The notes below the pieces were generated by a model that saw only the letters and a list, made by a program, of their open reading frames with translations, did not search any database and was not told where the DNA came from. The position numbers and the translations under genes are program-made. Shown in pieces: positions 20,101 to 32,400 of a DNA stretch of 64,000 nucleotides. This stretch comes from Eledone cirrhosa (taxonomy: Eukaryota), in NCBI GenBank assembly GCA_964016885.1, contig OZ024743.1:378386001-378450000 (forward strand), in the 5' to 3' direction. Within the stretch, counting starts at the first letter, position 1; every line of letters starts with the position of its first letter.

Positions 20101-22907
20101 CTCTAGTGTAGGAGAAACTGGGGTAGTGGTGGGGTGTAAAACTCTCTCTCTAGTGTAGGAGAAACTGGGGTAGTGGTGGGGTGTAAAACTCTCTCTCTAG
20201 TGTAGGAGAAACTGGGGTAGTGGTGGGGTGTAAAACTCTCTCTCTAGTGTAGGAGAAACTGGGGTAGTGGTGGGGTGTAAAACTCTCTCTCTCTCTCTAG
20301 TGTAGGAGAAACTGGGGTAGTGGTGGGGTGTAAAACTCTCTCTCTCTAGTGTAGGAGAAACTGGGGTAGTGGTGGGGTGTAAAACTCTCTCTCTCTCTTT
20401 AGTGTAGGAGAAACTGGGGTAGTGGTGGGGTGTAAAACTCTCTCTCTCTCTCTAATGTAGGAGAAACAGGGGTAGTGGTTGGGTGTAAAACTCTCTCTCT
20501 CTCTCTAGTGTAGGAGAAACAGGGGTAGTGGTTGGGTGTAAAACTCTCTCTCTCTCTCTAGTGTAGGAGAAACTGGGGTAGTGGTTCGGTGTAAAACTCT
20601 CTCTCTCTCTCTAGTGTAGGAGAAAACAGGGGTAGTGGTGGGGTGTAAAACTCTCTCTCTCTCTCTAGTGTAGGAGAAACTGGGGTAGTGGTGGGGGTGT
20701 AAAACTCTCTCTCTCTAGTGTAGGAGAAACTGGGGTAGTGGTGGGGTGTAAAACTCTCTCTCTCTCTCTAGTGTAGGAGAAACTGGGGTAGTGGTTGGGT
20801 GTAAAACTCTCTCTCTCTCTCTAGTGTAGGAGAAACTGGGGTAGGGGTGGGGTGTAAAACTCTCTCTCTCTCTAGTGTAGGAGAAACTGGGTTAGTGGTT
20901 GGGTGTAAAACTCTCTCTCTCTCTCTAGTGTAGGAGAAACTGGGGTAGGGGTGGGGTGTAAAACTCTCTCTCTTTCTAGTGTAGGAAAACTGGGGTAGTG
21001 GTGGGGTGTAAAACTCGCTCTCTTTCTAGTGTAGGAGAAACTGGGGTAGTGGTGGGCTGTAAAACTCTCTCTCTTTCTAGTGTAGGAAAACTGGGGTAGT
21101 GGTGGGGTGTAAAACTCGCTCTCTCTCTAGTGTAGGAGAAACTGGGGTAGTGGTGGGTTGTAAAACTCTCTCTCTCTACTGTAGGAGAAACTGGGGGAGT
21201 GGTGGGGAGTAAAACTCTCTCTCTCTCTAGTGTAGGAGAAACTGGGGTAGTGGTGGGGTGTAAAACTCTCTCTCTCTCTAGTGTAGGAGAAACTGGGGTA
21301 GTGGTGGGGTGTAAAACTCTCTCTCTAGTGTAGGAGAAACTGGGGTAGTGGTGGGGTGTAAAACTCTCTCTCTCTAGTGTAGGAGAAACTGGGGTAGTGG
21401 TGGGGTGTAAAACTCTCTTTCTAGTGTAGGAGAAACTGGGGTAGTGGTGGGGTGTAAAACTCTCTCTCTCTCTAGTGTAGGAGAAACTGGGGTAGTGGTG
21501 GGGTGTAAAACTCTCTCTCTCTCTCTAGTGTAGGAAAAACTGGGGTAGTGGTGGGGTGTAAAACTCTCTCTCTCTCTAGTGTAGGAGAAACTGGGGTAGT
21601 GGTGGGGTGTAAAACTCTCTCTCTAGTGTAGGAGAAACTGGGGTAGTGGTGGGGTGTAAAACTCTCTCTCTCTAGTGTAGGAGAAACTGGTGTAGTGGTG
21701 GGGTGTAAAACTCTCTCTCTCTCTAGTGTAGGAGAAACTGGGGTAGTGGTGGGGTGTAAAACTCTCTCTCTAGTGTAGGAGAAACTGGGGTAGTGGTGGG
21801 GTGTAAAACTCTCTCTCTAGTGTAGGAGAAACTGGGGTAGTGGTGGGGTGTAAAACTCTCTCTCTAGTGTAGGAGAAACTGGGGTAGTGGTGGGGTGTAA
21901 AACTCTCTCTCTCCCTAATGTAGGAGAAACTGGGGTAGTGGTGGGGTGTAAAACTCTCTCTAGTGTAGGAAAAACTGGGGTAGTGGTGCGGTGTAAAACT
22001 CTCTCTCTCCCTAATGTAGGAGAAACTGGGGTAGTGGTGGGGTGTAAAACTCTCTCAAGTGTAGGAAAAACTGGGGTAGTGGTGGGGTGTAAAACTCTCT
22101 CTCTAGTGTAGGAGAAACTGGGGTAGTGGTGGGGTGTAAAACTCTCTCTCTCTAGTGTAGGAGAAACTGGGGTAGTGGTGGGGTGTAAAACTCTCTCTCT
22201 AGTGTAAGAGAAACTGGGGTAGTGGTGGGGTGTAAAACTCTCTCTCTAGTGTAAGAGAAACTGGGGTAGTGGTGGGGTGTAAAACTCTCTCTCTCTAGTG
22301 TAAGAGAAACTGGGGTAGTGGTGGGGTGTAAAACTCTCTCTCTAGTGTAGGAGAAACTGGGGTAGTGGTGGGGTGTAAAACTCTCTCTCTCTCTAGTGTA
22401 GGAGAAACTGGGGTAGTGGTGGGGTGTAAAACTCTCTCTCTCTAGTGTAAGAGAAACTGGGGTAGTGGTGGGGTGTAAAACTCTCTCTCTAGTGTAGGAG
22501 AAACTGGGGTAGTGGTGGGGTGTAAAACTCTCTTTCTCTAGTGTAGGAGAAACTGGGGTAGTGGTGGGGTGTAAAACTCTCTCTCTCTAGTGTAAGAGAA
22601 ACTGGGGTAGTGGTTGGGCGTAAAACTCTCTCTAGTGTAGGAGAAACTGGGGTAGTGGTGGGGTGTAAAACTCTCTCTCTAGTGTAGGAGAAACTGGGGT
22701 AGTGGTGGGGTGTAAAACTCTCTCTAGTGTAGGAGAAACTGGGGTAGTGGTGGGGTGTAAAACTCTCTCTCTAGTGTAGGAGAAACTGGGGTAGTGGTGG
22801 GGTGTAAAACTCTCTCTCTCTCTAGTGTAGGAGAAACTGGGGTAGTGGTGGGGTGTAAAACTCTCTCTCTCTCTAGCGTAAGAGAAACTGGGGCAGTGGT
22901 TGGGTGT

Positions 22908-22940
<33 letters not shown>

Positions 22941-25900
22941 GTGTAAGAGAAACTGGGGTAGTGGTGGGGTGTAAAACTCTCTCTCTCTCTCTCTCTCTAG
23001 TGTAGGAGAAACTGGGGTAGTGGTGGGGTGTAAAACTCTCTCTCTAGTGTAGGAGAAACTGGGGTAGTGGTAGGGTGTAAACGTCTCTCTCTACTGTAGT
23101 AGAAACTGGGGTAGTGGTGGGGTGTAAAACTCTCTCTCTCTCTCTCTCTCTCTAGTGTAGGAGAAACTGGGGTAGTGGTGGGGTGTAAAACTCTCTCTCT
23201 AGTGTAGGAGAAACTGGGGTAGTGGTGGGGTGTAAAACTCTCTCTCTAGTGTAGGAGAAACTGGGGTAGTGGTGGGGTGTAAAACTCTCTCTCTATTGTA
23301 GGAGAAACTGGGGTAGTGGTGGGGTGTAAAACTCTCTCTCTAGTGTAGGTGAAACTGGGGTAGTGGTGGGGTGTAAAACTCTCTCTATTGTAGGAGAAAC
23401 TGGGGTAGTGGTGGGGTGTAAAACTCTCTCTCTAGTGTAGGAGAAACTGGGGTAGTGGTGGGGTGTAAAACTCTCTCTCTATTGTAGGAGAAACTGGGGT
23501 AGTGGTGGGGTGTAAAACTCTCTCTCTAGTGTAGAAGAAACTGGGGTAGTGGTGGGGTGTAAAACTCTCTCTCTAGTGTAGGAGAAACTGGGGCAGTGGT
23601 GGGGTGTAAAACTCTCTCTCTAGTGTAGGAGAAACTGGGGCAGTGGTGGGGTGTAAAACTCTCTCTCTAGTGTAGGAGAAACTGGGGCAGTGGTGGGGTG
23701 TAAAACTCTCTCTCTCTCTCTCTAGTGTAGGAGAAACTGGGGTAGTGGTGGGGTGTAAAACTCTCTCTCTAGTGTAGGAGAAACTGGGGCAGTGGTGGGG
23801 TGTAAAACTCTCTCTCTCTCTCTCAAGTGTAGGAGAAACTGGGGTAGTGGTGGGGTGTAAAACTCTCTCTCTAGTGTAGGAGAAACTGGGGCAGTGGTGG
23901 GGTGTAAAACTCTCTCTCTAGTGTAGGAGAAACTGGGGCAGTGGTGGGGTGTAAAACTCTCTCTCTAGTGTAGGAGAAACTGGGGCAGTGGTGGGGTGTA
24001 AAACTCTCTCTCTAGTGTAGGAGAAACTGGGGCAGTGGTGGGGTGTAAAACTCTCTCTCTCTAGTGTAAGAGAAACTGGGGTAGTGGTGGGGTGTAAAAC
24101 TCTCTCTCTAGTGTAAGAGAAACTGGGGTAGTGGTGGGGTGTAAAACTCTCTCTCTCTAGTGTAAGAGAAACTGGGGTAGTGGTGGGGTGTAAAACTCTC
24201 TCTTTAGTGTAAGAGAAACTGGGGTAGTGGTGCGGTGTAAAACTCTCTCTCTAGTGTAAGAGAAACTGGGGTAGTGGTGGGGTGTAAAACTCTCTCTCTC
24301 TCTAGTGTAGGAGAAACTGGGGTAGTGGTGGGGTGTAAAACTCTCTCTCTAGTGTAGGAGAAACTGGGGTAGTGGTGGGGTGTAAAACTCTCTCTCTAGT
24401 GTAGGAGAAACTGGGGTAGTGGTGGGGTGTAAAACTCTCTCTCTAGTGTAGGAGAAACTGGGGTAGTGGTGGGGTGTAAAACTCTCTCTCTCCCTAATGT
24501 AGGAGAAACTGGGGTAGTGGTGGGGTGTAAAACTCTCTCTAGTGTAGGAAAAACTGGGGTAGTGGTGGGGTGTAAAACTCTCTCTCTCCCTAATGTAGGA
24601 GAAACTGGGGTAGTGGTGGGGTGTAAAACTCTCTCAAGTGTAGGAAAAACTGGGGTAGTGGTGGGGTGTAAAACTCTCTCTCTAGTGTAGGAGAAACTGG
24701 GGTAGTGGTGGGGTGTAAAACTCTCTCTCTCTAGTGTAGGAGAAACTGGGGTAGTGGTGGGGTGTAAAACTCTCTCTCTAGTGTAAGAGAAACTGGGGTA
24801 GTGTTGGGGTGTAAAACTCTCTCTCTAGTGTAAGAGAAACTGGGGTAGTGGTGGGGTGTAAAACTCTCTCTCTCTAGTGTAAGAGAAACTGGGGTAGTGG
24901 TGGGGTGTAAAACTCTCTCTCTAGTGTAGGAGAAACTGGGGTAGTGGTGGGGTGTAAAACTCTCTCTCTCTCTAGTGTAGGAGAAACTGGGGTAGTGGTG
25001 GGGTGTAAAACTCTCTCTCTCTAGTGTAAGAGAAACTGGGGTAGTGGTGGGGTGTAAAACTCTCTCTCTAGTGTAGGAGAAACTGGGGTAGTGGTGGGGT
25101 GTAAAACTCTCTCTCTCTAGTGTAGGAGAAACTGGGGTAGTGGTGGGGTGTAAAACTCTCTCTCTCTAGTGTAAGAGAAACTGGGGTAGTGGTTGGGCGT
25201 AAAACTCTCTCTAGTGTAGGAGAAACTGGGGTAGTGGTGGGGTGTAAAACTCTCTCTCTAGTGTAGGAGAAACTGGGGTAGTGGTGGGGTGTAAAACTCT
25301 CTCTCTAGTGTAGGAGAAACTGGGGTAGTGGTGGGGTGTAAAACTCTCTCTCTAGTGTAGGAGAAACTGGGGTAGTGGTGGGGTGTAAAACTCTCTCTCT
25401 CTCTCTCTCTCTAGTGTAGGAGAAACTGGGGTAGTGGTGGGGTGTAAAACTCTCTCTCTCTCTAGCGTAAGAGAAACTGGGGTAGTGGTTGGGTGTAAAA
25501 CTCTCTCTCTCTCTCTCTCTCTCTCTAGTGTAAGAGAAACTGGGGTAGTGGTGGGGTGTAAAACTCTCTCTCTCTCTCTCTCTCTAGTGTAGGAGAAACT
25601 GGGGTAGTGGTGGGGTGTAAAACTCTCTCTCTAGTGTAGGAGAAACTGGGGTAGTGGTGGGGTGTAAACGTCTCTCTCTACTGTAGTAGAAACTGGGGTA
25701 GTGGTGGGGTGTAAAACTCTCTCTCTCTCTCTCTCTCTCTAGTGTAGGAGAAACTGGGGTAGTGGTGGGGTGTAAAACTCTCTCTCTAGTGTAGGAGAAA
25801 CTGGGGTAGTGGTGGGGTGTAAAACTCTCTCTCTAGTGTAGGAGAAACTGGGGTAGTGGTGGGGTGTAAAACTCTCTCTCTATTGTAGGAGAAACTGGGG

Positions 25901-28900
25901 TAGTGGTGGGGTGTAAAACTCTCTCTCTAGTGTAGGTGAAACTGGGGTAGTGGTGGGGTGTAAAACTCTCTCTATTGTAGGAGAAACTGGGGTAGTGGTG
26001 GGGTGTAAAACTCTCTCTCTAGTGTAGGAGAAACTGGGGTAGTGGTGGGGTGTAAAACTCTCTCTCTATTGTAGGAGAAACTGGGGTAGTGGTGGGGTGT
26101 AAAACTCTCTCTCTAGTGTAGAAGAAACTGGGGTAGTGGTGGGGTGTAAAACTCTCTCTCTAGTGTAGGAGAAACTGGGGCAGTGGTGGGGTGTAAAACT
26201 CTCTCTCTAGTGTAGGAGAAACTGGGGCAGTGGTGGGGTGTAAAACTCTCTCTCTAGTGTAGGAGAAACTGGGGCAGTGGTGGGGTGTAAAACTCTCTCT
26301 CTAGTGTAGGAGAAACTGGGGCAGTGGTGGGGTGTAAAACTCTCTCTCTCTCTCTCTAGTGTAGGAGAAACTGGGGTAGTGGTGGGGTGTAAAACTCTCT
26401 CTCTAGTGTAGGAGAAATTGGGGCAGTGGTGGGGTGTAAAACTCTCTCTCTCTCTCTCAAGTGTAGGAGAAACTGGGGTAGTGGTGGGGTGTAAAACTCT
26501 CTCTCTAGTGTAGGAGAAACTGGGGCAGTGGTGGGGTGTAAAACTCTCTCTCTAGTGTAGGAGAAACTGGGGCAGTGGTGGGGTGTAAAACTCTCTCTCT
26601 CTAGTGTAAGAGAAACTGGGGTAGTGGTGGGGTGTAAAACTCTCTCTCTAGTGTAAGAGAAACTGGGGTAGTGGTGGGGTGTAAAACTCTCTCTCTCTAG
26701 TGTAAGAGAAACTGGGGTAGTGGTGGGGTGTAAAACTCTCTCTTTAGTGTAAGAGAAACTGGGGTAGTGGTGGGGTGTAAAACTCTCTCTCTAGTGTAAG
26801 AGAAACTGGGGTAGTGGTGGGGTGTAAAACTCTCTCTCTCTAGTGTAAGAGAAACTGGGGTAGTGGTGGGGTGTAAAACTCTCTCTCTAGTGTAAGAGAA
26901 ACTGGGGTAGTGGTGCGGTGTAAAACTCTCTCTCTAGTGTAAGAGAAACTGGGGTAGTGGTGGGGTGTAAAACTCTCTCTCTCTAGTGTAAGAGAAACTG
27001 GGGTAGTGGTGGGGTGTAAAACTCTCTGTCTCTCTCTAGTGTAGGAGAAACTGGGGTAGTGGTGGGGTGTAAAACTCTCTGTCTCTAGTGTAGGAGAAAC
27101 TGGGGTAGTGGTGGGGTGTAAAACTCTCTCTCTCTCTCTAGTGTAGGAGAAACTGGGGTAGTGGTGGGGTGTAAAACTCTCTCCCTCTCTCTAGTGTAGG
27201 AGAAACTGGGGTAGTGGTGGGCTGTAAAACTCTCTCTCTCTATTGTAAGAGAAACTGGGGTAGTGGTGTGGTGTAAAACTCTCTGTCTCTCTCTAGTGTA
27301 GGAGAAACTGGGGTAGTGGTGGGCTGTAAAACTCTCTCTCTCTATTGTAAGAGAAACTAGGGTAGTGGTGGGGTGTAAAACTCTCTGTCTGTCTCTAGTG
27401 TAGGAGAAACTGGGGTAGTGGTGGGGTGTAAAACTCTCTCTCTAGTGTAGAAGAAACTGGGGTAGTGGTGGGGTGTAAAACTCTCTCTCTAGTGTAGGAG
27501 AAACTGGGGCAGTGGTGGGGTGTAAAACTCTCTCTCTAGTGTAGGAGAAACTGGGGCAGTGGTGGGGTGTAAAACTCTCTCTCTAGTGTAGGAGAAACTG
27601 GGGCAGTGGTGGGGTGTAAAACTCTCTCTCTCTCTCTCTCTAGTGTAGGAGAAACTGGGGTAGTGGTGGGGTGTAAAACTCTCTCTCTAGTGTAGGAGAA
27701 ACTGGGGCAGTGGTGGGGTGTAAAACTCTCTCTCTCTCTCTCAAGTGTAGGAGAAACTGGGGTAGTGGTGGGGTGTAAAACTCTCTCTCTAGTGTAGGAG
27801 AAACTGGGGCAGTGGTGGGGTGTAAAACTCTCTCTCTAGTGTAGGAGAAACTGGGGCAGTGGTGGGGTGTAAAACTCTCTCTCTAGTGTAGGAGAAACTG
27901 GGGCAGTGGTGGGGTGTAAAACTCTCTCTCTAGTGTAGGAGAAACTGGGGCAGTGGTGGGGTGTAAAACTCTCTCTCTCTAGTGTAAGAGAAACTGGGGT
28001 AGTGGTGGGGTGTAAAACTCTCTCTCTAGTGTAAGAGAAACTGGGGTAGTGGTGGGGTGTAAAACTCTCTCTCTCTAGTGTAAGAGAAACTGGGGTAGTG
28101 GTGGGGTGTAAAACTCTCTCTTTAGTGTAAGAGAAACTGGGGTAGTGGTGCGGTGTAAAACTCTCTCTCTAGTGTAAGAGAAACTGGGGTAGTGGTGGGG
28201 TGTAAAACTCTCTCTCTCTCTAGTGTAGGAGAAACTGGGGTAGTGGTGGGGTGTAAAACTCTCTCTCTAGTGTAGGAGAAACTGGGGTAGTGGTGGGGTG
28301 TAAAACTCTCTCTCTAGTGTAGGAGAAACTGGGGTAGTGGTGGGGTGTAAAACTCTCTCTCTAGTGTAGGAGAAACTGGGGTAGTGGTGGGGTGTAAAAC
28401 TCTCTCTCTCCCTAATGTAGGAGAAACTGGGGTAGTGGTGGGGTGTAAAACTCTCTCTAGTGTAGGAAAAACTGGGGTAGTGGTGGGGTGTAAAACTCTC
28501 TCTCTCCCTAATGTAGGAGAAACTGGGGTAGTGGTGGGGTGTAAAACTCTCTCAAGTGTAGGAAAAACTGGGGTAGTGGTGGGGTGTAAAACTCTCTCTC
28601 TAGTGTAGGAGAAACTGGGGTAGTGGTGGGGTGTAAAACTCTCTCTCTCTAGTGTAGGAGAAACTGGGGTAGTGGTGGGGTGTAAAACTCTCTCTCTAGT
28701 GTAAGAGAAACTGGGGTAGTGTTGGGGTGTAAAACTCTCTCTCTAGTGTAAGAGAAACTGGGGTAGTGGTGGGGTGTAAAACTCTCTCTCTCTAGTGTAA
28801 GAGAAACTGGGGTAGTGGTGGGGTGTAAAACTCTCTCTCTAGTGTAGGAGAAACTGGGGTAGTGGTGGGGTGTAAAACTCTCTCTCTCTCTAGTGTAGGA

Positions 28901-29414
28901 GAAACTGGGGTAGTGGTGGGGTGTAAAACTCTCTCTCTCTAGTGTAAGAGAAACTGGGGTAGTGGTGGGGTGTAAAACTCTCTCTCTAGTGTAGGAGAAA
29001 CTGGGGTAGTGGTGGGGTGTAAAACTCTCTCTCTCTAGTGTAGGAGAAACTGGGGTAGTGGTGGGGTGTAAAACTCTCTCTCTCTAGTGTAAGAGAAACT
29101 GGGGTAGTGGTTGGGCGTAAAACTCTCTCTAGTGTAGGAGAAACTGGGGTAGTGGTGGGGTGTAAAACTCTCTCTCTAGTGTAGGAGAAACTGGGGTAGT
29201 GGTGGGGTGTAAAACTCTCTCTCTAGTGTAGGAGAAACTGGGGTAGTGGTGGGGTGTAAAACTCTCTCTCTAGTGTAGGAGAAACTGGGGTAGTGGTGGG
29301 GTGTAAAACTCTCTCTCTCTCTCTCTCTCTAGTGTAGGAGAAACTGGGGTAGTGGTGGGGTGTAAAACTCTCTCTCTCTCTAGCGTAAGAGAAACTGGGG
29401 TAGTGGTTGGGTGT

Positions 29415-29447
<33 letters not shown>

Positions 29448-32400
29448 GTGTAAGAGAAACTGGGGTAGTGGTGGGGTGTAAAACTCTCTCTCTCTCTCTC
29501 TCTCTAGTGTAGGAGAAACTGGGGTAGTGGTGGGGTGTAAAACTCTCTCTCTAGTGTAGGAGAAACTGGGGTAGTGGTGGGGTGTAAACGTCTCTCTCTA
29601 CTGTAGTAGAAACTGGGGTAGTGGTGGGGTGTAAAACTCTCTCTCTCTCTCTCTCTCTCTAGTGTAGGAGAAACTGGGGTAGTGGTGGGGTGTAAAACTC
29701 TCTCTCTAGTGTAGGAGAAACTGGGGTAGTGGTGGGGTGTAAAACTCTCTCTCTAGTGTAGGAGAAACTGGGGTAGTGGTGGGGTGTAAAACTCTCTCTC
29801 TATTGTAGGAGAAACTGGGGTAGTGGTGGGGTGTAAAACTCTCTCTCTAGTGTAGGTGAAACTGGGGTAGTGGTGGGGTGTAAAACTCTCTCTATTGTAG
29901 GAGAAACTGGGGTAGTGGTGGGGTGTAAAACTCTCTCTCTAGTGTAGGAGAAACTGGGGTAGTGGTGGGGTGTAAAACTCTCTCTCTATTGTAGGAGAAA
30001 CTGGGGTAGTGGTGGGGTGTAAAACTCTCTCTCTAGTGTAGAAGAAACTGGGGTAGTGGTGGGGTGTAAAACTCTCTCTCTAGTGTAGGAGAAACTGGGG
30101 CAGTGGTGGGGTGTAAAACTCTCTCTCTAGTGTAGGAGAAACTGGGGCAGTGGTGGGGTGTAAAACTCTCTCTCTAGTGTAGGAGAAACTGGGGCAGTGG
30201 TGGGGTGTAAAACTCTCTCTCTAGTGTAGGAGAAACTGGGGCAGTGGTGGGGTGTAAAACTCTCTCTCTCTCTCTCTAGTGTAGGAGAAACTGGGGTAGT
30301 GGTGGGGTGTAAAACTCTCTCTCTAGTGTAGGAGAAATTGGGGCAGTGGTGGGGTGTAAAACTCTCTCTCTCTCTCTCAAGTGTAGGAGAAACTGGGGTA
30401 GTGGTGGGGTGTAAAACTCTCTCTCTAGTGTAGGAGAAACTGGGGCAGTGGTGGGGTGTAAAACTCTCTCTCTAGTGTAGGAGAAACTGGGGCAGTGGTG
30501 GGGTGTAAAACTCTCTCTAGTGTAGGAGAAATTGGGGCAGTGGTGGGGTGTAAAACTCTCTCTCTAGTGTAGGAGAAACTGGGGTAGTGGTGGGGTGTAA
30601 AACTCTCTCTCTCTAGTGTAAGAGAAACTGGGGTAGTGGTGGGGTGTAAAACTCTCTCTCTAGTGTAAGAGAAACTGGGGTAGTGGTGGGGTGTAAAACT
30701 CTCTCTCTCTAGTGTAAGAGAAACTGGGGTAGTGGTGGGGTGTAAAACTCTCTCTTTAGTGTAAGAGAAACTGGGGTAGTGGTGGGGTGTAAAACTCTCT
30801 CTCTAGTGTAAGAGAAACTGGGGTAGTGGTGGGGTGTAAAACTCTCTCTCTCTAGTGTAAGAGAAACTGGGGTAGTGGTGGGGTGTAAAACTCTCTCTCT
30901 AGTGTAAGAGAAACTGGGGTAGTGGTGCGGTGTAAAACTCTCTCTCTAGTGTAAGAGAAACTGGGGTAGTGGTGGGGTGTAAAACTCTCTCTCTCTAGTG
31001 TAAGAGAAACTGGGGTAGTGGTGGGGTGTAAAACTCTCTGTCTCTCTCTAGTGTAGGAGAAACTGGGGTAGTGGTGGGGTGTAAAACTCTCTGTCTCTAG
31101 TGTAGGAGAAACTGGGGTAGTGGTGGGGTGTAAAACTCTCTCTCTCTCTCTAGTGTAGGAGAAACTGGGGTAGTGGTGGGGTGTAAAACTCTCTCCCTCT
31201 CTCTAGTGTAGGAGAAACTGGGGTAGTGGTGGGCTGTAAAACTCTCTCTCTCTATTGTAAGAGAAACTGGGGTAGTGGTGTGGTGTAAAACTCTCTGTCT
31301 CTCTCTAGTGTAGGAGAAACTGGGGTAGTGGTGGGCTGTAAAACTCTCTCTCTCTATTGTAAGAGAAACTGGGGTAGTGGTGGGGTGTAAAACTCTCTGT
31401 CTCTCTCTAGTGTAGGAGAAACTGGGGTAGTGGTGGGCTGTAAAACTCTCTCTCTCTATTGTAAGAGAAACTGGGGTAGTGGTGGGGTGTAAAACTCTCT
31501 CTCTCTAGTGTAGGAGAAACTGGGGTAGTGGTGGGGTGTAAAACTCTCTCTCTCTAGTGTAAGAGAAACTGGGGTAGTGGTGGGGTGTAAAACTCTCTGT
31601 CTCTCTCTAGTGTAGGAGAAACTGGGGTAGTGGTGGGGTGTAAAACTCTCTCTCTCTAGTGTAGGAGAAACTGGGGTAGTGGTGGGGTGTAAAACTCTCT
31701 CTCTAGTGTAGGAGAAACTGGGGTAGTGGTGGGGTGTAAAACTCTCTCTCTCTAGTGTAGGAGAAACTGGGGTAGTGGTGGGGTGTAAAACTCTCTCTCT
31801 CTAGTGTAAGAGAAACTGGGGTAGTGGTGGGGTGTAAAACTCTCTCTAGTGTAGGAGAAACTGGGGTAGTGGTGGGGTGTAAAACTCTCTCCCTAGTGTA
31901 GGAGAAACTGGGGTAGTGGTGGGGTGTAAAACTCTCTCTCTAGTGTAGGAGAAACTGGGGTAGTGGTGGGGTGTAAAACTCTCTCTCTAGTGTAGGAGAA
32001 ACTGGGGTAGTGGTGGGGTGTAAAACTCTCTCTCTCTCTCTCTCTCTCTAGTGTAGGAGAAACTGGGGTAGTGGTGGGGTGTAAAACTCTCTCTCTCTAG
32101 TGTAAGAGAAACTGGGGTAGTGGTGGGGTGTAAAACTCTCTCTAGTGTAGGAGAAACTGGGGTAGTGGTGGGGTGTAAAACTCTCTCTCTAGTGTAGGAG
32201 AAACTGGGGTAGTGGTGGGGTGTAAAACTCTCTCTCTAGTGTAGGAGAAACTGGGGTAGTGGTGGGGTGTAAAACTCGCTCTCTAGTGTAGGAGAGACTG
32301 GGGTAGTGGTGGGGTGTAAAACTCTCTCCCTCTCTCTCTCTCTAGTGTAGGAGAAACTGGGGCAGTGGTGGGGTGTAAAACTCTCTCTCTCTAGTGTAAG

